Positions 1-12,800 of a stretch of DNA of 64,000 nt are shown here, in pieces (positions within the stretch are counted from its first letter, which is position 1; every line of letters starts with the position of its first letter). This DNA is from Saprolegnia diclina VS20. Its lineage: Eukaryota. The translations under genes and the position numbers were made by a program. Below the pieces are notes generated by a model. It was not told the DNA's origin and searched no databases. It saw nothing but the letters and a program-made list of their open reading frames with translations. The stretch spans positions 384,986 to 448,985 of the forward strand of contig NW_008246081.1 of NCBI RefSeq assembly GCF_000281045.1, given 5' to 3'.

Positions 1-101
1 CTATGGCTGCACGGGGGGTCGGGGCAGTATTTGGGACAAAAGCAGCGCGCGACTACGCTCACCGACAGCGTGGCGAGGACAAGTAGACGCGGGACGCCCA
101 T
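1..101 (-). CDS. 5' end of a secreted Cys-rich protein, paralog of the 766-1476 gene; truncated by the window edge
   Basis: Reverse strand from ATG 101 reads MGVPRLLVLATLSVSVVA-RCFCPKYCPDPPCSH: a signal peptide followed by the same RCFCPKYCxxPPC motif as the neighbouring gene. Not in the ORF track. Confidence 0.8.
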   Translation of the reverse strand, partial: MGVPRLLVLATLSVSVVARCFCPKYCPDPPCSH

Positions 102-765
102 TCTCGTGGTTCGTGTCGGCAAGAAAAGTGGGATCGTGTGCCATTTCATCAAGTTGCCAAACGGGCAACAACATACTGTAGTTGGACAGTATAGCTGCTG
201 CAACACGACTGGTCAACGGACGCGGTTGAGGGGTTCAGAACAAAATATATCTTTTGACGGACAAGACTACTGATTTCCATAGTCAGACAATATGACCTAG
301 CGGGTGAAACGAGTGTCGACACTTCTTCGAAAACGGCCTCGCGAAATGATTTGTGAACAACCTTGGTGCTGGCTTCTCCGACTGCGAGGAAAAGGCATCT
401 CCGAGAAAGCGGGCGTTTGAGTTGAGTTGGGCCGAGAAAATAGGGAGAAACCAAGGCTAGCGGTGTGGGTCATGACCGAATGGCTATGTCGGATGGAACG
501 GCGTCAGTGACGACGACTGACCTGCCGATTACTTGTTCCTGCGAGTGCCAACTATGTCTCTGACGACGTCGTGGACGCGCCAAACATGCGTGACACGCTG
601 TCCGTCATACTAAAGAGAGGTGATGGCGGCGGTCACGGCAGTGGGTTGCGCAAATTTCAACCCAGTTGCAAACAATAGCTGCACTGCAAATAGCCTTCAA
701 GCCCATGTTTGCACTGGTACTAAAACGTGTGTTTATAATTATTCGAATGATCAATCACCTACAAC

Positions 766-1476
766 CTACAGCACTCCGAGCACGACCGCTGTCGTCAACA
801 AAAAATGCCACGACAAGCGCGACGCGGCGCTACCGACAATCTCAACCAGAGCCTCGTACGAGCGACAGCGAATCTTGATGTCGGTTCGCTTGATCGAGCC
901 GCGCATGCGGACGACGTCGACAAACTCGGCGGCCAGAGGCGAGAGCGTCCCGTTCAAGTCGACGAGGCCGAGGCGCACCGCGTCTTCGTCGATGCGGATG
1001 CCTTGGCGCAGGGCGTTGTGAATGTTGAGATAATACGGCTCGGCCGCCAAGGCGACATGTGCGCACTGCTGAAAAAGCTCAGGGGAGAAGCACACGTCGT
1101 CGACGCCGGCGAGGAGCGTCGCGGTCGCAAGACCAAAGTTGCAGTCGCCGATGGGCTTGTTGGCTTCCATTGCCTCCGAGAGCTTGCTGCGAAGGAGCGC
1201 AAACTCAATCGGGCGGGCCGTCGCACTGCGCTGCGCCATCGTGTAGATGTACAAGTCGGCGTTGCGCCCCATCGAGTCGATCATGTCGGTGATTTCGACG
1301 TTCGCCAGAGTGCACTCGGCTTGCGCCTCGACGTCGTTGCAGTACGAGCGCGGCTGCCACCAGCTCGAGTACTTGGGGTTACACGGCGGATTCTGGCAGT
1401 ATTTGGGGCAAAAGCAGCGCGCCTCTGCGAGCGCAAGCATACTTAGAAGCACCAGTAGGCAGCGCAAGCTTGACAT
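766..1476 (-). CDS. Secreted, probably GPI-anchored or C-terminally anchored Cys-rich protein of unknown function (236 aa, intronless)
   Basis: Signal peptide [19 protein letters not shown], then RCFCPKYCQNPPC and further Cys; hydrophobic C-terminus GSAASRLSWHFLLTTAVVLGVL; CCAAT motifs upstream at ~1580-1595. Confidence 0.8.
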   Translation of the reverse strand: MSSLRCLLVLLSMLALAEARCFCPKYCQNPPCNPKYSSWWQPRSYCNDVEAQAECTLANVEITDMIDSMGRNADLYIYTMAQRSATARPIEFALLRSKLSEAMEANKPIGDCNFGLATATLLAGVDDVCFSPELFQQCAHVALAAEPYYLNIHNALRQGIRIDEDAVRLGLVDLNGTLSPLAAEFVDVVRMRGSIKRTDIKIRCRSYEALVEIVGSAASRLSWHFLLTTAVVLGVL

Positions 1477-1950
1477 GCTGGGAGGCGAGCTCTTCTCGTT
1501 GTGGTAGAGGGGGTCGTTACTAGTACCGAGCTGTGCTGCTGGGTTGTCGACCAATTTTTGCACCACGTCTTTTCATTGGCCAATCGCCACCAATCACATT
1601 GCACTTTCTGCAAGATCGCCAGGATCAAGATCAAGGTCGGGCAAAAAGCTCCGCATTTGAAGTCAACCATGCCGGACTCGACAACTCGCTGCAGCTGAAC
1701 TTGCCTTTGGACAAGTTGAACTGTACATGGCGGACCTTCTCACTCGTCTCGGGCGCTCAGCGAAGCGCCCACAAGACGTCACTTGACCCCAAACGCCAGC
1801 ATCGCACTGTCGTTTGAAGCTACTACTGGAGGCTTGCACCGACGTTGCGATGCGCTGCACAAGAATCAAAGCGTAGCCAAGTAGCCGACACCAAGTCTCT
1901 GGCGTGGAATGACATCAGGCTGTCACGCAACCTGCTAGACAAATACGTTC

Positions 1951-3603
1951 TTAGTCGTCGCCGGCACTCGACTCGTCATCGACCATGCGCAGTCGCGATC
2001 GCTTGGACGCGGAGGCTGTCGGCAGAATGTCGCCGTCGTCGTCTTCATCGTCGTCTTCGTCCTCTTCGTCGTCGTCCAGCATGCGTAGGCGCGGGCGTTT
2101 CCGGCTCGTTGTTTGCACAATTTCTTCGTCCTCTTCGTCTTCACCGTCCGCGTCGTCATCCGCGTCATCTTCGCCACCCTCGTCATCGTCGTCGCGAAGG
2201 TCGACAGCGCGGGACGCGGGTACGTCCACCTCGTCGTCAGAGACGTAGTTGTCGCTGACAACAAACGAGTCGTCGCTCTCGTGGCCATACCCTTCATCGT
2301 CGTCATCGCTCACATAGTCGCGACGGGTGTTGGCGCGCTGCCGCGATCGGTCCGTGGCTTCTTGCAGCAAGCCCGAGGCGGCCGCGCGGCGCACGGGCGA
2401 CCGTATTCTGAACCCGTCATGCGCCCCGTCGCGAACGAGCGTCTCGATCTCCATAAAGACATTCGAGGCGAGGTCCCGAAAACAAAACGTGTACAACCCT
2501 ACGTCCTAGTTGTGAGCTATTGAGCCGTGGATCGTACGACATACCTTCGGGAACATCGAGTCGGAGCGCTTCAAAAGACACGGAGCCTGCTTGACAGCGC
2601 GCCGTACGCTCCAGCACAATGTGACGCTACCCAGCTATCGCCATCAACGCTTCGAAAAGAGGATAACATACTGTCTCGTCCCGGACTGTGAGCGTGACCT
2701 CACTGTAGTGGTTGGTGACGACGAGGTTGTCGTCTTCGCCCGACTCGGCCATAAACGTTGGAAATCCCTCCGTGATCTCCTCGTCCTAATGCAAGACTTG
2801 TAGGGCAAGCAGCGCCGGAGAACGTACTTCTTCCATCTGTAGTACGACAAGCGTGCACGCTTGGTGCTCCGTGTACGCCTCCAGCACGCTGGGAAAATCC
2901 ATGATGCTAAAGGCCATCCTACGAGGTCCGTGAGCGCATGGCATCGCCCGCGTCCATACCGCATCGCCCGGTAGCCGTCGACATTTTCGTCGTCTTCGTC
3001 GACAATGACATTGCGGACGATATGTAGCTCCTCGGCATGGACTCGGTCGACTCGAATCTGATGCGGGTTGTCGTCGTCGTCGCCGTGCGAGTGGTCGTCG
3101 TCCGAGAAGGCTTCGTCGTCAAAGGACGCGTCGCCGTCATCGACGGGGCGGGGCACGCCCGCTGCGTTCTGGAGATCGCGAACGCGCTGCCGGACTTCGT
3201 ACTTGGACTTGGCGAGCTGGTATGCGCTCTCTTCTTCTTCGTCGTCGGGCTCGTTAGGGTAGAAGAGGCGTACGACGTTCCAGAGCGTGACGTTGATGTT
3301 GAGCTTCTCAAAGCAGACGCAGATCGGGTCGCGGCAGATCGGGCACAAGCACTCGGCCGCGTTGCCGTCTTGGGCGTCGCACGCCTTGATGAGGCAGAGC
3401 CGGCTAGCGCATGACGATGATCATGCACATGCAGCGATGGGCTCGACGCACCAGTAGGTGTGGCCGCAGGACGCCGAGACCGGCTACGCCCATGGAAGAG
3501 CTCATGCATCCCGCGAGGCCGTCATGGGATGTACCTTGTAGAGATGCTCATGGCAGATGATGCATTGCAGCTCGTCGATGAGCTTGTCCCGGACCGCGTC
3601 CAT
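1951..3603 (-). CDS. RING-HC (C3HC4) finger protein, putative E3 ligase, with acidic tracts and a beta-rich domain; 7 exons
   Basis: Spliced translation MDAVRDKLIDELQCIICHEHLYK/PVSASCGHTYC/RLCLIKAC...CLCPICR; GT-AG introns keep frame; D/E-rich C-terminal exon (ORF 1951..2496). Confidence 0.85.
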
Positions 3604-3951
3604 CTTGCTGCGATCTCCACGGGATCTTTGGCAACTAATGCGAATCCTCCATATGTGTATGTACTTCAAGAGGGTATTTTATTCTAGAGGTTTCATTAAA
3701 CGATCAAGTTTTATAGGTCGACAAAGGAGGCGAACGAAGCGCAAGCGCCGCGGCGCATCGGCGACACCAGCCACGCGTCGACCTTGCGCACGTAGAGAGC
3801 GACGTACCGGCCGTGGTATGATTTCCTGGCTGTTGTCTTCAACGTCAAGCCTCGCCTCCTGCGTTTTAACTTCTCGAAACGTCGATTGTACTCACTTTAG
3901 CGTGTATTTTAACGTGATTCATGGCCTTTAGCGCGTATTTTTATTTTCCAC

Positions 3952-4308
3952 ATGTCGGCGCTGCGGAGAGAGGTGGTGCAGGTCTACCGCCACTGCTTGC
4001 AGTCGGCGGCGCGGTGCCCCGAGCAGACGCACCGCGCGACGATGCGAGCGTACGTGCAGATGAAGTTCCGTGACAAGGCCCACGTCCGTGATGCCAAGGC
4101 CATTGCGCTCCTTCTCGCGGATGCCAAGGAAGAGCTCGAGCGCATGAACTACTACCATTCCATGTACCAGTCGGGCCAGACGCAAAAGGCGACGCATGGC
4201 GAGACGGCGCAGCTCGCGTCACATTGCCCCAACTGTAATCACGCCTTTGCGACGCCGACCGCGCGCTTCTGCAGCGAGTGCGGCGTCCAGCGCCCGACCA
4301 TTGCCTAG
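3952..4308 (+). CDS. LYR-motif (Complex1_LYR-like) protein with C-terminal zinc ribbon (118 aa)
   Basis: VVQVYRHCLQSA (LYR-like), conserved KFR, D-x-x-x-I-x-x-LL-x-x-A-x-x-EL helix; tail CPNC...FCSECG. Confidence 0.75.
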   Translation: MSALRREVVQVYRHCLQSAARCPEQTHRATMRAYVQMKFRDKAHVRDAKAIALLLADAKEELERMNYYHSMYQSGQTQKATHGETAQLASHCPNCNHAFATPTARFCSECGVQRPTIA

Positions 4309-4726
4309 TCGATAGATTTGCAATCGACACTCGAAGATACACACGTCCATTCGCCTCGAGCTGTGATCAAAGCATCAGGTATACATCGAGCGTACTTTCC
4401 GCTGCGTGATCACGAAGGAGGCGCGCTTTTACTCGAGCTAGACGAGAGCACTCGCCTTTGCCCGGCGCCGAGCGTCGAGTGTACTCAGTTTCAAATGCAG
4501 CTCCACAGGCGAGTGTTGAGTGGGTCTTGCTACACAGCATTCTTGCTGGGTGCCGGGTCGAGGCTTCTATCGGGCAACCGATGCGACTCCAGCTCCATTG
4601 TGGAAGTCGGTACCGGTTGGTCGTGCAGCTCGTTGCAAGCCTAGTGAGGAATATACGCACGAGCAAGAACCGACAGATATGTGCAGACGATGGCGCTTCT
4701 TAATCTACTTATACACTCACACTCTC

Positions 4727-5940
4727 CTAGCCGACGAGGCTGCCGCGTCGCGTCGCTCGCAGGAGCGCTTTGACCTCCATGCTCGCGCCTGTAAACAGGT
4801 CGTAGAAGCGAAAGGCGTACTCGCCTGAATAGCAAATGAACCTCTGCCACGATAGAGGCGCGTATACGTACCAGACGGGCCGTCCACGTACAGATTCGGG
4901 AACGTCACGCGACCATCGACGGGCAGCGACGTTCGCTCGAGCACAATTTCGTCCTAGCACCCGCATGAGTCTGCGATAGCATTCGGCTTGCAGTCGGCGT
5001 ACACTGCGGTTGAGTACGGTCAGCGTCATCAAGCTCGGGTGCGGGCTGCGGCGTTGCACCCATCCTTCGTGGAGCTCCGAGACAACGACGGGAAACTCAT
5101 TCTCATCCTAGCACCACGAGTACCATCGTCATCATCCACAGGCCGGGGACGCGTCACAAGGCGCAACATACCACGGCGGTCGAGTGCAGCATGGCGATGG
5201 TGCATTCTTGCTCCAAGCAGTGGGTTTGCAGACAGCCAGGAAAACGCACGATGCCGAGCGCAATGCTAGACAGCGTGAGCGTGCGCCACGTCATAACAAG
5301 GCGCCCACCTCGAGCGGCCGTCTGGCGACACAATGCCTCGGACAATACTGCGAGCTTCGCCGTCGATCACGTACGTATCCGACTCGACGTCATCCTCTTC
5401 ATACACCTCGTCTCCAAAGCCATCGTCGCCATCTTCGTCGTCGTCGTCGTACTCGTCGTCGTCGTTGGGCGTCTCGGCCGAGTCGCTGAGCCGGCTTTGC
5501 CTCTCGGCGGCGGTGTTGCCGGCGAGCTTTTCGCAGTCGGCGACCGCACGCTGAAAGTTGGCCTCTTCGACGCGCTCGCACTGCGCGGACGGGCACACGA
5601 GCCGGACCACGTTCCATAGCGCGACGTTGACGCTGAGCTTGGAGATCTCAAACCCGATCGACTCGCGGCAGATGGGGCAGATGCAGCTGGAGAAGGTCTC
5701 GTCCTGGCCCGTGCACGCATCGATCAAGCAGAGCCGGCTAGACGGACGAGATGCACGACGTGAGGAGGAGAGAGAGGAGGAGGATCGGCGCACCAGTACG
5801 AGTGGCCACACGTAAGCGTCGCCGGCTAGCAGAACCGCATGAGCCTCATCCGCACTGCGCTGCATGCAGTCTACCTTGAAGAGCTGGCCGAGGCAGATGG
5901 CGCATTGGAGCTCGTCCACGAGCTGCTGCGCGTCGAGCAT
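4727..5940 (-). CDS. Second RING-HC finger protein, paralog of 1951-3603; 7 exons
   Basis: MLDAQQLVDELQCAICLGQLFK/PATLTCGHSYC/RLCLIDAC...CICPICR...KLSVNVALWNVVRL; introns at positions equivalent to the first RING gene; ends ...RRGSLVG*. Confidence 0.85.
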
Positions 5941-6828
5941 GCTAGCAAAAAGTCGGTGGCCCGGATATCCGCAACCGGACAAGAAGATACAAACGCCAAG
6001 TATAGGACAGGCGGTGAGTAATTGGCGCCGCCGTACCGTAGGGCGGACGGCGGCGCCATGGCGTGCTGCCAGCGAAACTTGAAGGTACACCTTTCGACCA
6101 CTTCAACATGCAGGTGTCCACGACGACCCCGTTCTCGACCCCCTCGAGTCGACATCCTCGTCCCCACCAACCACTTTGGCATACCTCAAGAAGCTTAGTT
6201 TCTTGAAGCGCCAAAAAAGCAAGCAAAAAAAGCTGGCGATTTTCTCGTGGTCGGTGCGGTGCCAAGCACACGACGACCACGTCATGCGAGTCTGTCTCTG
6301 GCAACGTTCGATGCGGCTTCCCACGCGCAATCCCCACAAGCTACTTGTGCTCGCATATTCTACCAGGCAGACAACCACCTTCCAATTCATACCGTGTACT
6401 AATTTCAAGGGGGCGCCCTTTCTTTTTCGCGTCCACCTTGTTCGTCGTCGAGACGTTGGTGGTCGTTGCGCCGTCTTTGATAAGCAAGGCGCGCATACTG
6501 CTGGCCGGGCCGCCGCCTTTACACACGGGAGGATGGCAGCACCAAAACGATGACGCGGCGTCATGGTGCAGTACACTGTACAATGCCGACGTCGTCGTGC
6601 TTGTTCCGTGGTAATCAGTACGACGTGGGTGCCGACGGTTCGCTTGGAACCATAGCACCTTGGATGCGGCTTGGACAGGTATCCATCACGCCTCTGCTCG
6701 CGTCCCACACTGTGTTACATGGTACCTTGCACAGGAAGTCGACACCAAGTGCAATGTGGCCAAGTGCAAAGTCAAATGCAATATCAACAAGAACTTATAT
6801 AGAGTAGAAAAGTTGAGGTTTCGTTTGC

Positions 6829-9800
6829 TTATTCGGTCGTACACAGGAGCGCGACGCCGCGAAGGATCCAGTGCAGCGGTCGGTGTTCGCGCGACGGCAG
6901 CGTGACACTAAAGATGAGGTTGCGGTCGTTCCGCGACGGGTACTTGTACACGGGGCACTCGAAACCACCGTACGGGCCATAGTCGCCAGAGCGACTCTTC
7001 TTCTGAGCTTTGGTCGTCGCCGTCACAAAAAGCACGGGCAGTGCCGCAAAGAGGCGCTTGGGCTCCGACTCGACGAGCGTCGCATTGCCCTTGTGCCACC
7101 CCGCGCCCTCGAGCGCGAGCCCGTGGATGAGGACTCCTTCTTTCGGCGCTTGTCGGATCTGCTCGAGCTTTTCGTATTCCGTGACTTCGGTGTGGTAGAC
7201 GACGTCATCGAGCGCCCACTTGTCGTTGACATGATGGCGCGTCACTTCTTGGCGCATGGCCGTGAGGAACCCTTGGGGATTGAAAAAACCCGTGAGCCAA
7301 AACGTGTTGGGCTTTGTCTTCTCGACCCAGTGCTCGAGTTGCTTGTGGCGCTCGAGCAAGCCCGCAAACCAGAGACCGAGTGACGGTGCGACCCAGCTGA
7401 GCTCTTCCATGCCGCGGTAGAGCCACAATGGCGGCACTTTGGCATCAAAGATGGCGTGGATTGTGGTCGCAATGTCGGGCGTCACGACGACCTCGCCCTT
7501 GATCGCGCCTTGCGTCTCGCATAGCACCTTGCGCACGATGCTCAGAAGCGTCTGGAGCCGCTGGATCTCTTGCCACACAAAGACGTTCATGGGCACACCA
7601 AAGCCGCCGTGCTTGTTGGTCAACAACTCGAGGCACGTTTCGTCGACGAAATCTTTGGGCAGCTTGTCCTTGAGCTCGTCGCACTTGTCCAAGACGACGT
7701 CTTCGCGCGTCCGGCCGTTCTTGCTGCTCTGCGTCTTGGGCTGTGTCTCGCTGAGCGTCGCGAGGAGATTCGTCACCTCTTTCACGCGAAAGGTCAAGTC
7801 GGCGTTCGGGTGCAAGCCGAAAATCTCCGGCGAGTCCACCTTGGGAAAGCTATTGAGCACGCGATGGTACTCGTCGAGCTCGGTGCTCTCGGGCACGGCG
7901 TACACAAAGTCGTTGGGAATGTGGCCCACGAGCGTCTCGGGGTTGAACGAGAAACTCGGCGCGAGCGTCGAGCTATGCAGCCACTCGTCGCAGTAGCTCT
8001 TGAAGAGGCGGCGGTCCATGTCGTCGGTGATGCGCCCGCCGTAATGCACTTCTGCAATCATGTACTGGATCGTCGGCCACGACAAGGTCGCGCTCGAGTA
8101 CAAGTGCTTCTCGAGAAACGTCATCGACGCGGTCAAGTCGCTCGCGTTGAACTCGTATGGGATGGCAAAGCCGAGCGGCCCAAACTTGCGCCGCTCCTGA
8201 ACAATCGAGTGGAGAAAGCAGAGCGTGAAGAGAAGCGCGCGCCACTGCGCCGTCTCGATGCGCTCGAGCTTGTCTTGGTCGATCACGACCGTGTACGACC
8301 GCAGCATGCCGGCGCGAAGGCCCGACGGCGGTTCGTTGGTCACCTTGATGGCCTTTTGCAACAGCGCAATCGAAAAGAGCGGGTGAGGCTCAGACGTCAA
8401 GAAGAGTCGAAAGTCGCAGCTCATAGTCTCCTTGTTCTTGAGCAGCGTGTCCGGAAGCGTCTCCATAAACGCAAGACCCAAGTGGCAGTTTTGAAGAAGC
8501 ACCCACGACCCGTTGAGCATGCCATTGGCCATTGCTTTGGACGCAATGGTCTCTTGGCCCTCCCCCATGGAGATGCACTGGATCGCCTGCCGCTTTTTGC
8601 GCGCGAGCGTCTCGATCGCATCCGTCGGGTCGGCGCCCAGACTCAAGAGGTAAATGGCTGGGATGTCGGCGGCCATGTCGGCCCAAATGCTCTCGACCGT
8701 GTCCGTGACGGCCTCGACGTACTTGGGTCCCATGCACGGTAGCTTGGCGATCGCGCCCGACTCTTTCGTCTTGATATCAATGTACTCGACGAGCTTGATG
8801 AACTCGAGCGTCGCCAAGATCGTGCGGTCTTCGCGCAAACAGCGGAGGAGCAAGAGACGGTAAAAATGCGTCGTGGCGTCGGCGCTGTGCGGGTGGAAGA
8901 GCACTGTTTCGTACTCGGGGACAGCGGCCACCTCGGGCGCGTTCTCTTCGTACCACCGGCGCCACGCCGCTTCCGAGCGCTCAATGTCGGCGACCAAGTT
9001 GCGGAACACGGGCTTTTCTTGGCTGAGCTGGAGCACGTTGAGCCAAGCGGGGGTCGACATCCACTGGAACGGCTTGCCCTTCTCGCTCGTCCGTGTGGCG
9101 CCCGCCTTGACAAAGAGAGAGACATCCGCCGGGTCCAACACGTCGGCAGCGACGAAGATCTTGAAGGTGACCATGAGCAGAAACGCGAGCTTGTCCTTTT
9201 CGTAGATGCCGCGGTTCATAAAGCGGTAGACAAGGTACGTCATGGCGTCGACGATGTGGGCGACGCGCTTCGAGGTGAGCGTCGCGCGCTCGGCCACCTC
9301 CATCGACTTTTTGAAGAGCAAGAGGAATTGGTCGAGCGACGTCTGGTACATGCAGTTGACGAGCGAGAGGTCCACGAGGCTAAAGTACAAGACGCTGCCC
9401 CGCGTCGCGACCGGTCGGTACTGTTCGCGCTTCTCGTCAATGCCGAGCTTCATGTCGGCGGCCGCGAGGAGCTTGTCGTTGACTTCGGTGGCTTTGGCTT
9501 TTGTCGACGCAAGGACGCTAATGAGCTCGAGGTCGTCAAGGAGGTTGCCGCTGTTGGACGCGAGCCGCTCGAGCAAGAGCGCGTCGAGACTCAGGAGGGC
9601 CTTGGTGTTGCTGTTGACATCAAACTGCACGCGCGTGAGCTGCTCTTCGAGCGACTTTTGCTCGGTTTGAATGACTTTAGCGAGCAGTTGGTCTTCGAGG
9701 CCGTCTTGCGTGACGGTAAAGTCCACCAGCATCGTTTTGGCTTGGACTTCGGGCGAGAAGTGCGGGTTTGGGAGGCGCGTCGTCATGTACAACAGGAACG

Positions 9801-12800
9801 CGTCGTTGTACTCGCAGAGCTTGTCGCCGACGAGGATGTACTTGGATTTTGCTTTCACAATGATGTTCTTCTCCAAGACCGAGTTCATGGCCGGGTCCAT
9901 GTCCTGCTCGACGCCTTCCAGCACGAGCACCTTGCCTTCCGTGACGCAAAATTCGAGGTGGTCGCGCAGCTTGGGATGGTTGATCGAGAGAAGCCCGGCG
10001 GGGGGCAGTCGGCCCGCCTCACGCATGAGAATCCAGCTTAAACCCTGTCCTTGCGGGTCAATGAGAAGCGGGTACTTGCTGCTCATGGTGACCAGAATGC
10101 CGTTCTGGGTCGAGAGCGGGTCAGCCGGAAGGCCCTCGACGTTCCAGTCTGCGACCGTGCTCAGGTCGACGAGGAAGTTGGTCAGCTGCAGGTCGGCGGT
10201 CACAGGCACTTGGCGGTCCTTGAGGTCTTTGAGAAACTTGACCTTGCACAAGACGTCGCGGTACTCCTTGTTGAACGGACCGCAGTAGTTGACGAACGCA
10301 CAAGCCACGGCGCAGTCGCCCACGAGGCGCGACTTGCGGTCCGCAAATCGGTTGCTTTCGTCAGTCCAGCGCTTCTTCTCGCCCGCGAGCCCCTGGATGA
10401 GCGCGGTCGCTTGCTCCATTTTCTTGCGCGTCGCGAGCGCGTTCTCTTCAACCTTGGCCTTCTCGGCCATTTGCAGCTCAAAGTCGTCTTGGAGTGACTG
10501 GAGAACACTCTGGCACGCAATCAGCTTTTCTTGGGCGTGGCGGAGGTCGGCCTGGGCGGCTTCGAGGCGGCCTTCGGCGACCCGGAGCGTCTCGAGCTTG
10601 GGTTTCACCACCTTGGACGCGTGGTGGTACTTGGTCATCGCAATCACCCACGTACAGAGCCCTTCGGCGGCTTTGGACGCGTTTTTCGCAGCGACAGGGC
10701 TAAAGCCCTCGAGGTCCAGATACGGCTGCAGGAGCTCGATCGTCTCGTCGTTGATGTTGTCCTTTTCAAACTTTGAAAAGTGAAACACATTTTGCAAAAA
10801 GCGCGTGTCACTGAGCATGCCCTGCTTGACGCTCGCGTACGAGTCGAGGATAAAGTCGACGCTCTTCTTGTTGAGCGTCACTTGGGCTTTCTCGACTTTG
10901 GCGAGCGGGTACATTTGCAAGAGCGCGACGCCGTCGAAAATGAGCTTGATGATATCCCCCGGCTTGGCGAGCTTCTTGAGTTCGTTGAGGTCGTTGGGCT
11001 TGATGCTCGAGACGGCCCGCTCGGCCTCGTCCAGGAACGGCTGGGCTTTGGCCAAGTCCTCTTCCGCGTCTTCCTTTTCGCGCTGGATCACCGCCGCATC
11101 GCGCTCGCAGCGCTCCTTGATTTTCCCGACAATGTCGTTTTCCTTCTTGGCCTCCATCGACTTGACTTGAAGGTTCTCGAGCATCGCGTTCGCCGCTTGC
11201 TCGGCCATGATGAGCTTGGCTTCCTCTGTCTTGAGGACGCCCTTCATCTTCTCGACGTCGGCCGCGCCTTGCACGAGCTTTTGCAGCCCGAGGTTGACGC
11301 TGCTCTCGCTGCGGTGGATGTCGCGGATCTTGTTGGCATACAGCTGCTTGTAGAACTCGAGGAACGCCAAGTACGACTTTGGGGTTTGGTACACGTGGCG
11401 CCGGCGCTTCTCGAAATACTCGGCGCAGACTTCAATCACCGCGTCATGGAGCCAGCCCATGTGGGTAATGAGCTGGTCCTTGACGGCCGGCGCACACTCG
11501 ATGCTAAAGTCGTCGAGAAAGCCTTTGCTGACGGCCACGAGCGCCTCGGCGGGCCACGCGAGGAACCAGTCGAGCGTGCAGCCGGACACGAGCGCGGGAA
11601 ACTTGCGGCAGCGGTCTGCAAACCGCCGGTCGACAGGCGACATGGAGAGCACGATGTGTAAATTGAGTTTGACGCGCTCGTAGAAGAACTTGACGAGGTG
11701 CTCGTACGTGTCGGGCGTCGACGGATGCGCTTTGAGCATCGCCGGCCGGAGGTCCGAGACCAGGAAGTTCATTTCGTCTTTTGGAAACAAATTGGGGATC
11801 TCGCCTGTCGCCAAGACGCCGTTGAGAATCTCAAGGAACGCGTCGTCCTTGAGCTCATTGTCCGTGCAGAGGAAGACGACCCCCTTGTTTTGCTGCCCTG
11901 TCCACTTGAAGAGCTGGCGCCAATCTTCGAGAAACGACACCGTGTTGTACGCCTTTGTGAGCGTGATCTGGAAGAGCTGGAGGCGCGCGAGGACCGACGC
12001 GAGCTTCGTGAGCGACTGCTTGCCCGAGCCACCAACCCCCACGAGCATCATGTGGCTTTTCGGGAGCCCGAGCGCGCGTACGACGCGGAGGACGTGGAAG
12101 AGGGCGTCGTCAAACAAGATGAGCGCCATTTTCTTGCTCGGGTTGTCGCGGTTGAAGGCCTCGAGAAGCGCTTCCATGCGCGTGCGCACCGTGAGAATCG
12201 ATAGCACGTTTTCGTATAGTTTCGGGGCCTCCTCCAGCAAAAGCCCGTCCTCGTCGCGCTTGTCGTCGCGCATAAAGTCGACAAATAACGCGGGCGCGTT
12301 TGGCAGCTCAGTCTGCGTCGCGTCCTTATTGAGCTTTTCTTTGCCTGTCGCGACCACCGGCTTGAGCAAGAGATTGTCGGACGTTGCATTGAGCTCGTCG
12401 CGAAACTTGGCCTTGTCCTCGAGCGTCGTGAGGCGGTCGCAGAAGAGCCGGTCGCACTCGTGGCGCCACAGCTTGACGAGATACCGGTCGGTCGAGACCA
12501 TCTCAAAGCCGCGCAAGAGACCTTGAAAGATGCGCGCGAGATCCCGCATCGTAAAGATGTAGTGAAACTTTTGCGGTGTCGGCAGCAGCGTCTTGCGCAT
12601 GAAGCTCCAGACGTGGATCGTCGTGTTTGTGAGCTTGCTAGCGACGTCGACGATGGGTTTGTCCTTCTTCGCGTCCAAGAAGGACACACGCCACTTGACG
12701 ATTTGGCCAAAGATCGCGTCAATGACGTCGAGCGACGGCACGAGGAGGTTGAAGGCGAAGAAGTGGCGCTTGAGTCGGTTCGGAATGTCATTCTTGCCGT

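Noticed and set aside
6100..6825. Possible small spliced gene (EVDTKCNVAKCKVKC exon-like segment)
   Set aside because: No convincing start or coherent gene model, and no recognisable family.
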